Source: Candidatus Poriferisocius sp. (GTDB lineage Bacteria > Actinomycetota > Acidimicrobiia > Acidimicrobiales > Bin134). Taken from it: a stretch of DNA of 64,000 nt. Numbering within the stretch: the stretch's first letter is position 1; each line of letters begins with the position of its first letter. Of the stretch, positions 27,745 through 39,337 are shown piece by piece. The translations under genes were made by a program, and so were the position numbers. The DNA is taken from assembly GCF_965219815.1 (NCBI RefSeq), contig NZ_OZ244791.1, positions 3,500,491 through 3,564,490 of the forward strand, in the 5' to 3' direction. Below the pieces are notes generated by a model. That model saw only the letters and a list, made by a program, of their open reading frames with translations, did not search any database and was not told the DNA's origin.

Positions 27745-30552
27745 ATGACCGATTTGGCACCGTGGCTTGATATCGCCTGTCCCCACGCAGACATCCGCGA
27801 CGGATCGTTCGACGAATCTCTGTTTGCCGCCGACCTCGGCTTGGTGGCGAACGGGATGGGTCCAGATGACTACGTGGATGCCGAGTTGTTCGCGGCCAAG
27901 ACGTACCTGACCGAGAATCTGCGATCAGTGCTGGTGGAGGTGGGCAATCGACTGAGTGGCGACGCGGGATCGGCGGCAGTGTTCCGGATGCAGACCGAGT
28001 TCGGCGGGGGCAAGACCCACACTCTGCTGGCCGCGTACCACCTGTTCCGCGCTCCCGAGCAGGTTGCCGGCACGCAACTAGGAATAGATCTTGCCGCAGC
28101 CTTGAGAACCGGAAGTTTGCCCAATGCCCGAGTTGCGGTGTTGGACGGCTCCGCGCTGACCGTCGATCCCGAGACCATGCCCGATGGCTCCGTGGTGCGA
28201 TCTTTCCTCGGGCATTTGGCCTGGAGGTTGGGCGGTGCCGCGGCGTATGAGACGGTCCGGGCCAAAGATGAGGGCCTGCGCGGCACTTCCACAGTGGAGA
28301 TGGTCAAGCTTCTCAGCGAAGCGGCACCGTGCCTGATCTTGCTGGACGAGACCTTGGAGTACCTCAATAAGGCATTGGCGGTTGGCTCGGTTGACGGCAA
28401 CCTGGCCGCCACCACGCTCACGGTGATCAAAGAACTCTGTACCGCCGCCTCAAACGTGCCCGGCGTCGCGGTGGTCGCTACCCTTACCTCCTCGCGCTTA
28501 GAGGACTACTCGACGGTTGCTGGCCAGGAGATGGCGGAGCGGCTGTCCAAGGTCGTGGGCCGCATCGAGAACATTGTCACCCCAGTGGAGGGCGACGACA
28601 TTTTCCCCATCCTGCATACTCGCCTGTTCGAGACCATCGGCAGTTTGGAGCAGCGGCAGGCGGTGGCCGACGCCTATGGCGCCTGCTACGACCAGATGGG
28701 CGATGTGCTCCCCCAGTCCTACCGCGACCCCTCCTACCGAGACCGCATCCGAGGTGCCTATCCGTTCCACCCGGAGTTGATCGACCTGCTTACCAATCGC
28801 TGGGGGTCGCTGTCGGGATTCCAGCGCACCCGAGGGGCGTTGCGAACATTGGCCCACACGGTGAAGGCACTAGCCCAGAGCAATCATCAGGGGCTGCTCA
28901 TCGGCCTTGGCGATGTGCCTTTGGCCGATGACGGTGTGCGGGCTGAGGTCATTCGATTTGCTGGAGAGTCGTACAAGTCGGCCCTCAACGCCGACATCAT
29001 CCGGCCCGATTCCAAGGCTGCGGTGGAGGACGAGCGCCGGGGAGGAGAGATCAAGAGAAATCGGGTTGCGGTGGGACTGGCCACGACGGCGTTCCTCAAC
29101 AGCTTCGGCTCCGACCGGGTGCTTGGCGCTTCACCACCACAGATGCTCGTCGGCGTCGCCCAGCCGCTGCCCGGCCTGTCCCGAGGGCTGCTCGACGACG
29201 TGCGCGACGCTCTGGCCGGATCGCTGTGGTACATGCGCTATGAGGGCGGCCGCTATCGGTTCACGACCGAGCCCAATCTGAACAAGGTGATCGTGGAACG
29301 GGAGGGCGCCGTCGGAGACGGGGAGATCACCGCGCTGTTGAGAGAAACGGTCGGCCACATCGCCGGGCCGGTGGCCCCGTTCCGGGTAGTCACCCATGTC
29401 GTCGAGCCCAACGACGTGATTGACGAACCCCGCCTCACCCTCGGCGTGCTCGCCCCACACCGGGCAGTCGGCAACCAACCAGGCAGCACCGCTGTCGAGG
29501 CAGATGAAGTGGCGGGCGCGGTGCTCAACACCGGGCGAGGGTCGTCTCGGTCGAACAAGAACGCGCTTGTGTTGGTTGCGGCCGACGCCGGTGGTGTGAC
29601 CAAGGCTCGCCAGGTTGCTCGCACGGTGGTGGCCATGCGGGACATCACCAGGGACAGCATCCGGGTTAAGCGGTTCAACCAGGACCAGCGTGACCAGCTG
29701 GAAGCCCGGCTGAGTGCGGTAGAAGAGCGCCTGCCCCAGGAGGTGGTGATGGCCTACCGGCACCTCATCCTGCTCGGGCCGGACGGCAATGGCGGCGTCC
29801 GGGTTGAGACTGTTGACCTCGGCCCGGCTCGGGTGGGCGACACCATTTGCCAGCGGGTGGTTGACCACCTCAAGGCCACTGACCGGCTTATCGACACCAC
29901 GCTCGCACCAGCGGCCTTGCTCACCGACCGTTTCGGCGTGATCGGCTCGGACGAGCCAGTAGTCGAACTCGACCGCCTGTTGGACTACTTCTACCGGCTG
30001 CCCCGCTTACCGAAGATCGCTAGTTCCGATGTGCTGCGCCGTTGTCTGGCGCAGGGGGTAAGTGCCAGCCTGTTCGGCTTGGCATCAGGTGCTTCCTGGG
30101 ACGCCGCTGATGCCGTGCTGCGCTTTGGGGAGCCGCTGGACCCGACCGAGATCCAGTTCCAACCCGGCACCTGGTTAGCACGCGCCGCTGACATCAAGCC
30201 TCTGATTGAGGCTCGCCGTCCGAGCGAGGAGTCTGAAGAAGCCAAACCAACAACTGGTTCAGAGCCTGAGGGCGAGACCACTCCTACGGAGCACCCAGAG
30301 AACCAGCAGTCTGGTGTCAAGGAAGGCCAAGATCCGACCAGAGTCACCCTCACCACACGCCAGATCCCTGCCGACAAAATCCGCGATGTGGTCAAGGTCG
30401 CCATTATGCCCCTCGCTGCCACCGGAGCAGACGTGACCATCAACGTCGAAGTCACTGCCACCCACCCTGATGGCATCCCCCACACCACACTGGACCTGAC
30501 CGTCGCCGAAGGATTGCGCCAACTCGGCCTCGATCACGATCTCACCAAGTAG
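27745..30552 (+). CDS. DUF499-type P-loop ATPase (935 aa)
   Basis: Walker A-like FGGGKTHTLLAAYHL and Walker B LILLDETLEYL. The gene starts 13 nt after the methylase stop. Confidence 0.85.
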   Translation: MTDLAPWLDIACPHADIRDGSFDESLFAADLGLVANGMGPDDYVDAELFAAKTYLTENLRSVLVEVGNRLSGDAGSAAVFRMQTEFGGGKTHTLLAAYHLFRAPEQVAGTQLGIDLAAALRTGSLPNARVAVLDGSALTVDPETMPDGSVVRSFLGHLAWRLGGAAAYETVRAKDEGLRGTSTVEMVKLLSEAAPCLILLDETLEYLNKALAVGSVDGNLAATTLTVIKELCTAASNVPGVAVVATLTSSRLEDYSTVAGQEMAERLSKVVGRIENIVTPVEGDDIFPILHTRLFETIGSLEQRQAVADAYGACYDQMGDVLPQSYRDPSYRDRIRGAYPFHPELIDLLTNRWGSLSGFQRTRGALRTLAHTVKALAQSNHQGLLIGLGDVPLADDGVRAEVIRFAGESYKSALNADIIRPDSKAAVEDERRGGEIKRNRVAVGLATTAFLNSFGSDRVLGASPPQMLVGVAQPLPGLSRGLLDDVRDALAGSLWYMRYEGGRYRFTTEPNLNKVIVEREGAVGDGEITALLRETVGHIAGPVAPFRVVTHVVEPNDVIDEPRLTLGVLAPHRAVGNQPGSTAVEADEVAGAVLNTGRGSSRSNKNALVLVAADAGGVTKARQVARTVVAMRDITRDSIRVKRFNQDQRDQLEARLSAVEERLPQEVVMAYRHLILLGPDGNGGVRVETVDLGPARVGDTICQRVVDHLKATDRLIDTTLAPAALLTDRFGVIGSDEPVVELDRLLDYFYRLPRLPKIASSDVLRRCLAQGVSASLFGLASGASWDAADAVLRFGEPLDPTEIQFQPGTWLARAADIKPLIEARRPSEESEEAKPTTGSEPEGETTPTEHPENQQSGVKEGQDPTRVTLTTRQIPADKIRDVVKVAIMPLAATGADVTINVEVTATHPDGIPHTTLDLTVAEGLRQLGLDHDLTK

Positions 30553-30611
30553 GCTAGATCCGGGTATTCGATTATCGGTGTAAGCAACACAAACTGGAAT
30601 AGGAGAAAGAG

Positions 30612-30746
30612 ATGGCAAAAGGGGAAACAGTACAAGAGGGCATTAGGGTGAACGCCCAAAGACAGGGTCAAAAAAAGGTGCAGAATGCTCCAGCACCTCC
30701 GGTTGCCAAGAGCAGGCCCAAGCCTCCTGTTTCAAAGAAGAAATAA
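30612..30746 (+). CDS. small Lys/Pro-rich basic peptide (44 aa), hypothetical
   Basis: Sequence MAKGETVQEGIRVNAQRQGQKKVQNAPAPPVAKSRPKPPVSKKK. A strong AGGAG Shine-Dalgarno sequence (30601-30605) lies 6 nt upstream of the ATG. The stop is 4 nt before the next ATG. It lies in the low-GC segment and is below the ORF-track length cutoff. Confidence 0.4.
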   Translation: MAKGETVQEGIRVNAQRQGQKKVQNAPAPPVAKSRPKPPVSKKK

Positions 30747-30750
30747 CTGA

Positions 30751-31392
30751 ATGCCAGCAACTGTACTTAGCCTGGCAATTGCCGGACTAGTAGTCTTGCC
30801 AGGACTAAGCTACCTGGCGGGCAGAGAATCTCAGTATCCTACTCAAAAGATCAGAGGCTTTAGAGAGACTGCGACAATAGTATTTGCAGGGATTGTCTCA
30901 GTTGTAATTGGCTTGATTGCATTCGCAATCGTCCGTGCATCAATCCCAACGCATACACCCGATATCGGGGCATTGCTTCGCATGCCGGAATCATACGTTC
31001 GAGAACACCTACCATATGTCTCTGGGTGGGCATTAGCTATATTAGCGTTTTCATCTCTTGGCTCATTCCTCTTTGGAAAATTCTCCCCTAGATTACCAAG
31101 CAATATTTCAGTCGAGTCAGCCTGGTGGTCTGCATTTGAATCCATACCAGACTCAGACAAAGTACAGGTATATATTGACTGTTACCTGACAGACGATTCC
31201 ATACTATCAGGATATCTCTATAGCTACAGCGTGGATATAGAAGAGACAATGGACAGAGAGATCTGCTTAGTCGCTCCCGTAACATACAAGGCATCAAAAC
31301 CATCTTTAGCAGAAGAATTGGAGGACGCAGGTATTGTGACAGTCAGTGCATCTCGAATAAAGTTTGTTTCAGTCACTTACTTCAATGTGTAG
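30751..31392 (+). CDS. hypothetical membrane protein (3 predicted TM helices plus a soluble C-terminal domain of about 100 aa), low-GC gene
   Basis: Hydrophobic segments ATVLSLAIAGLVVLPGLSYLAG, TATIVFAGIVSVVIGLIAFAIV and VSGWALAILAFSSLGSFLFGKF. GC in sampled 60-nt lines is about 42-53%, versus about 65% in flanking genes. Confidence 0.65.
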   Translation: MPATVLSLAIAGLVVLPGLSYLAGRESQYPTQKIRGFRETATIVFAGIVSVVIGLIAFAIVRASIPTHTPDIGALLRMPESYVREHLPYVSGWALAILAFSSLGSFLFGKFSPRLPSNISVESAWWSAFESIPDSDKVQVYIDCYLTDDSILSGYLYSYSVDIEETMDREICLVAPVTYKASKPSLAEELEDAGIVTVSASRIKFVSVTYFNV

Positions 31393-31410
31393 ATAAAGGA
31401 TCAAACACTG

Positions 31411-32676
31411 ATGCAGACTATGTATGAGGAACACCCCTTATTGGTGAGCCCCTGGTACCATCAGACCGAATTGCTCCGATTGATTGCCGGTGGCGAGAAC
31501 TCGCGCGTGGAGTTCATGCGGGATGACGTGCAGCCGGGGAAGTTCGCCACGGTGCTCGCTGGACTGCTGAACCTCGACGGCGGGCATGTGCTGCTCGGCG
31601 TCGAGGACGACGGCGGCGTCTCCGGGCTATCGCGTGCGGTTGCAAGAGCCGAAGAGTGGATCATGCAGGTTGCTCGCGATCACCTGGAGCCCTCCATCAT
31701 CCCGAACTGGGAGGTTATCGAGTCTGACGGCGGCATCATGGTCGGCATCGTAACCGTGCCGGCCAACGCACCCGACAAGCCGTACAAGTCCAAACAGGGG
31801 TCGCACTGGGTTACCAAGGTCCGTGTCGGCACCACCACACGCGATGCGACTCGTGAGGAGGAACAACGGCTGTACCAGCAGTCGGGTGGACTCCGCTACG
31901 GCCTCAAGCCGGTACCAGGAGCCAGTGCTGCCGATCTCGACACACGACGCCTTCAGGATTACTTCGCCCGCATCCGCGGCGATGCGGAGATGCCCAGCCC
32001 CAATTCAGAGTCGTGGCGCAGGCTGCTCTGCAACCTTGAGCTTGCCACCGAAACCGGTGGTGAAACGTACGCCACCGTCGACGGGATGCTCCTGTTCGGC
32101 CTGAACACAGGGTGATTCTTGCCGCAATGCGGAATTCGAGCGGTGTGCTTCCCGGGCCAAGAGTCCGACTATGCCACGAGATCCGACGAGAGCATCAAGG
32201 GCCCGCTAGTGGCTTTGCGCTCAGTCGACGGTGAGTTAGTCGAAACCGGAGTCGTGGAAAGGGCTCTCGACTTCGTCCGTCGCAACACGGGTGCCTCCGC
32301 AGCGCTGGAGGACGGTCGCCGTGTCGAGCGCCCCGATTTCCCTGAGCCAGCCATTCGCGAGGTTGTGGTCAATGCACTTGTACACCGCGACTACAGCATC
32401 ACTGGGACCGATGTGCTGTTATCGGTCTTCGACGATCGAATCGAAGTGCAGAGTCCTGGGAGCCTGCCGAACACCATCAGCGTCGAGGGCATGCGTGAAG
32501 GAGCCCGCTATGCGCGTAACCAGGTGATGATGAGCATCATGCGTGACTACGGCTACGTCGAGGGGCTGGGCATGGGCATCCGCCGACAGGTCATCCCCGC
32601 CATGGCACAGCACAATGGCACCGAACCGGACTTCTCCGAAGAAGAATCCCGCTTCACCGTCTCCCTGAGGAAGTAG
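31411..32676 (+). pseudogene. AlbA_2 (Schlafen-like divergent AAA) plus HATPase_c_4 putative DNA-binding protein, interrupted by one in-frame TGA (32113-32115)
   Basis: ORFs 31411..32115 and 32119..32676 are in the same frame. The N-terminal part has GENSRVEFMRDD and the C-terminal part has VVNALVHRDYS...IEVQSPGSLP. The protein reads ...LLFGLNTG*FLPQCGIRAV... across the stop. Confidence 0.75.
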
Positions 32677-32725
32677 AAGTCGCCATAGGAACCGCTAGCC
32701 GTCTGTGGCAGACTAAGGGCGACAA

Positions 32726-34575
<1,850 letters not shown>

Positions 34576-34599
34576 CACTGGGCGAGGGCAACGGCTTCG

Positions 34600-35241
34600 A
34601 TGACGCTGATCGACCATGAGCTAGCCGTGAGTGATCCGGTGACCACACATGTCCCCCGCCTGCATGTCATCGTCAACTGCGCCTCTTTGGCCGATGCCGC
34701 CTTTCGAGGCGGAGCCCCTGCGGTGCAGGTGCGGATCAAAGAGGCCAGCGACATCGCAGTGTTGGCAGAGTGCCAGCGCATTCTGGCATCGGCTCAGGCC
34801 ACAGACGCGATGGTGATCGTGAACGACCGGGCCGACATCGCGCTGGCCGCAGGAGCTCACGGAGTACACGGCGGCGCCAATGACCTGCCAGTGGCCGAGA
34901 TGCGTCGCCTACTCGGCGCCGACCGAATGGTGGGGAGCACGGCCCGTGATCCCGAGTCCGCCCTCCGCCACCAGGACGATGGGGCTTCGTACGTGGGGGT
35001 CGGGCCGGTGTACGCCACCGCCACCAAAGACGGGCTGCCCGCCCCGCTGGGTCCGACCGGGGTGGAGAAGGTGGCCACCGCGGTGGACATCCCGGTGATT
35101 GCCATTGCCGGGATCACCGCTGCCCAGGTGCCGGAATTGCTGGACGCTGGGGCTCATGGTGTGGCGGTAATCGGAGCGGTGGCCCACGCCGACGACCCCG
35201 CCGCGGCCACAGCCGAACTGCTGGAGGTCCTCGGTGGCTGA
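34600..35241 (+). CDS. thiE: thiamine-phosphate synthase
   Basis: 213 aa with typical ThiE segments VQVRIKEAS, IVNDRADIALA, GVGPVYATATK and VIAIAGI. Confidence 0.9.
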   Translation: MTLIDHELAVSDPVTTHVPRLHVIVNCASLADAAFRGGAPAVQVRIKEASDIAVLAECQRILASAQATDAMVIVNDRADIALAAGAHGVHGGANDLPVAEMRRLLGADRMVGSTARDPESALRHQDDGASYVGVGPVYATATKDGLPAPLGPTGVEKVATAVDIPVIAIAGITAAQVPELLDAGAHGVAVIGAVAHADDPAAATAELLEVLGG

Positions 35242-36357
35242 CGTGCCTTCGAAGCCGGACGTCATCATTGTGGGCGGCGGCATCATCGGACTGTCCACCG
35301 CCTGGCAGCTCCTTCAAGACGGCGCCGAAGTTGTGGTGCTCGACCCCGCCCCGGGCACCGGGGCCAGCCACGCGGCGGCGGGGATGCTGGCCCCCATCCA
35401 CGAGGCCTACTGGGGAGAGAGCCATATCTTGGAGCTGAACCTGGCCGCCAGCCAGGCGTGGCCGGCGTTCGCCGACTCTCTGGGGGCCGATGCCGTGGAC
35501 TACCGCCGCGACGGGATGCTCATGGCCGCCTACGACGCCGACGACAAGGCGCTGCTCGACAATCTGGGCGACCTGCACGAGCAGGAGGGCCTGCCGGTGG
35601 AGCGGCTTCGGAGCCGGGAATGCCGGGCCCGAGAGCCGCTGCTCGCCCCCGGCGTGCGAGGCGGGGTGTACTCCCCGCTCGACCACCAGGTGAACCCCCG
35701 CCGGGTGGTGGCCGAACTGTTGAACCGGGTGCCCACAATTTCGGCCTCAGCCACCGAGGTGAGCCGGAACCAGGTGGTGGCCAGCGATGGCCAAACGGTG
35801 ACCGGCCAGCAGGTGGTGGTGGCCGCCGGGGCGTGGAGCGGCCGGTTGCTGGGGGTGCCCATCCGACCCATCAAGGGGCAGATCCTCCGCCTGAGTGGTC
35901 CGAGCGGACTGCTGCAATTGCCGGTGCGGGGGGTGGTGCGGGGGTCGAGCGTGTACGCGGTACCCCGCAGCGACGGTGAGATCGTGGTGGGTGCCACCCA
36001 AGAGGAACAGGGCTTTGACACCCGGGTGACCGCGGGGGGCGTTTACGAGTTGCTCCGCGACGTTCTGGCCCTGCTGCCGGGGCTCAGCGAGATCGACCTG
36101 GTGGAGACGTGGGCCGGCCTGCGTCCCGGAGCGCCCGACAATGCCCCCATCATCGGGACCGGCCGTGACGGCATCGTTTACGCCACCGGCCACTACCGCA
36201 ACGGCATCCTCACCGCTCCCATCACTGCTACAGCGGTGTCGGCGCTGGTGCAGGGACATGAGCCGCCGCTGGACTTGTCGCCATTCAGCCCCAACCGGTT
36301 CGACTCCCGGCCAAGTGGTCACACCCCAGATCCCGAACACCTCAGCGGAGTATCGGC

Positions 36358-36361
<4 letters not shown>
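35234..36361 (+). CDS. thiO: glycine oxidase (FAD-dependent)
   Basis: Dinucleotide-binding motif DVIIVGGGIIGLSTAW. It lies in the thi operon between thiE and thiS. Confidence 0.88.
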
Positions 36362-37355
<994 letters not shown>

Positions 37356-37404
37356 CCACCGCCGGCCGTACAGCCCCAAGCGGGCACTGTCGTCAGAGCT
37401 GCTC

Positions 37405-37917
37405 GTGCTCACCGACGTGGTGGTGAAGGCCCCTGCGGTGATCTTTCGGGCCAAAGACCGCCCGCCGCAGATCAGGCGGGAGCTGGCCCGGTTGATGAGT
37501 GAGCAAACCGACTGCCTGATACTGGCGTCGATGATTGATCCAGTGGCTGACGGGGTGCATTTGGCCGGGTTCGACCGCTATCCCAAGGTGTACCAGGGCA
37601 TCGTGGGACGGTCGTGCCACGGACTCGACGAGGTGCGCCAGGCCGAGCTTGAGGGGGTGGACTACGTGACCATCTCCCCGGTGTTCGAAACCGAGTCGAA
37701 ACCCGGCTACGGGCCACCGTTGGGGCTGGGCGGGCTAGGACGGATCGTTCGGCAGGCCCATGTCCCGGTGTACGCCCTGGGGGGGATCGGCCCGGGTCGA
37801 GTGGCCGCCTGCCGAGACGCCGGGGCGGCTGGCGTGGCGGTACAGGGGGCAGTAGCCCGCAGCCCTGACCCTCAAGAGACCATCGCTGCTCTCTTAGACG
37901 AATGGCACTCGGGATGA
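37405..37917 (+). CDS. second ThiE/TenI-like thiamine-phosphate-synthase-fold protein
   Basis: The C-terminal part of ORF 37099..37917 has YVTISPVFETESKPG and VYALGGI, a ThiE/TenI-type phosphate-binding pattern. The 5' part of the ORF overlaps thiG out of frame and is rejected. The start is uncertain (GTG 37405). Confidence 0.6.
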   Translation: MLTDVVVKAPAVIFRAKDRPPQIRRELARLMSEQTDCLILASMIDPVADGVHLAGFDRYPKVYQGIVGRSCHGLDEVRQAELEGVDYVTISPVFETESKPGYGPPLGLGGLGRIVRQAHVPVYALGGIGPGRVAACRDAGAAGVAVQGAVARSPDPQETIAALLDEWHSG

Positions 37918-38672
37918 ACCCACCCGTCGCGTTGAGCGTGGCCGGATCGGACTCATCTGGTGGCGCCGGCGTGGCCGCCGATCTGGCCACATTCGCCGCC
38001 CTTGGCGTTCACGGAACCGCAGCGATAACCGCGGTGACCGCACAGAACACCGTTGGAGTTCAGGGAGTTCATCCCGTGCCGGCCCAATTCGTGGCCCAGC
38101 AACTGGATTCCGTGCTAGACGATCTGACCGTTGGGGCGGTCAAGACCGGCATGCTGGCCAATCTGGAGATCATCTCCGTGGTTGGGGACTACGCCGCGGC
38201 CGGACGGCTGCCCAACCTGGTGGTCGACCCGGTGATGGTGTCGTCCACCGGCGCCCGGCTGCTGGATGCCGGCGCCGAGTCCCTCTACCTCGAGTTGCTG
38301 AGCCATGCCACTGTCGCCACCCCCAACCGACGGGAGGCCGCGGTGCTTCGGGAGGTGGCCGGATTGGACGATACGGGCGATCTGGGCGCTCTCTGCCCCG
38401 GCTGGCTGGTTGTGACCGGAGAGGCCACCGCGGTCGACCGAGCACACCACCGAGGAGAATGGACGGAGTTGGCCGGCGAAGTGGTCGAAACGGACAACGA
38501 CCACGGCACGGGCTGCACGTTTTCGTCGGCAGTTGCCGCAGGCTTGGCCACGGATATAGAGCCGATGGATGCGATCGTTGCGGCCAAGGAGTATGTGCGG
38601 GCTTGCATAATCCGGTCGGCCGACTGGCAGCTAGGAGCAGGCCGAGGACCGGTAGCGCACCTGTTGAATTAG
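37902..38672 (+). CDS. thiD: hydroxymethylpyrimidine/phosphomethylpyrimidine kinase
   Basis: Contains ALSVAGSDSSGGAGVAADL, VKTGML and GTGCTFSSA motifs. Confidence 0.92.
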   Translation: MALGMNPPVALSVAGSDSSGGAGVAADLATFAALGVHGTAAITAVTAQNTVGVQGVHPVPAQFVAQQLDSVLDDLTVGAVKTGMLANLEIISVVGDYAAAGRLPNLVVDPVMVSSTGARLLDAGAESLYLELLSHATVATPNRREAAVLREVAGLDDTGDLGALCPGWLVVTGEATAVDRAHHRGEWTELAGEVVETDNDHGTGCTFSSAVAAGLATDIEPMDAIVAAKEYVRACIIRSADWQLGAGRGPVAHLLN

Positions 38673-39337
38673 GGGGCGTGGGTTATAAGCGTTAGCCCGT
38701 CGGAGATGGGGAGCATCACTTGGGTTGTCCGGGGGTCGGCAACCACGGAAGCGTTGAACTCTCGAATGTGGGCGGTATCGGGGTTCTCTTCGAGGTCGGC
38801 ATCGGGGTCGGCCACCCGGCCTGCCCACAACACGTTGTCCACCAGGATGATTCCCTTGGGGCTGAGGCGGCGCAGGATCTCCTCGTAGTAGATCCGATAA
38901 GACCGCTTGTCGGCGTCGATGAAGGCCAGGTCGATGGGCGGATCGTCGGGCAGGGTGGCCAAGGTCTCGGCCGCAGGGGCGATTACCACCTCGATGCGTT
39001 CGGCCACCCCGGCCCGCTCCCAAAACGGGCGGCCGATGCTGACCCACTCGTCGCTAACGTCGCAGCACAGCAGCCGCCCACCGGGGGCCAGTCCCCGGGC
39101 GATGGACAGGGCCGAGTAACCGGTGAAGGTCCCCACTTCTACCGCGAACTGCACGTCGAGCAGGCGAGTGAGCATGGTCATGAACGCGCCCTGCTCAGGG
39201 GCGATCTGCATCCCGGAGACGCGGCCCAACTCAGCGGTGACGTCGATCAGCTCTTGGGCAATGGGGTCGATGCCCGCACCGTGGGCCACCAAATACTCCT
39301 GCACATTGGCGCTGAGGCCGATGCTCTTGGGATTCAT
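38669..39337 (-). CDS. class I SAM-dependent O-methyltransferase (caffeoyl-CoA OMT-like)
   Basis: Contains VEVGTFTGYSALS (SAM motif I) and FIDADK, the typical catechol-OMT family pattern. Confidence 0.85.
   Translation of the reverse strand: MNPKSIGLSANVQEYLVAHGAGIDPIAQELIDVTAELGRVSGMQIAPEQGAFMTMLTRLLDVQFAVEVGTFTGYSALSIARGLAPGGRLLCCDVSDEWVSIGRPFWERAGVAERIEVVIAPAAETLATLPDDPPIDLAFIDADKRSYRIYYEEILRRLSPKGIILVDNVLWAGRVADPDADLEENPDTAHIREFNASVVADPRTTQVMLPISDGLTLITHAP

Noticed and set aside
32113-32160. The possibility that the in-frame TGA in the AlbA_2/Schlafen-like gene encodes selenocysteine.
   Set aside because: The family is not known to include selenoproteins. Only a trivial 4-bp hairpin (CCGC-aat-GCGG) follows the TGA rather than a SECIS-like element, and homologs, as I recall them, have Arg here. 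A nonsense mutation is more parsimonious.
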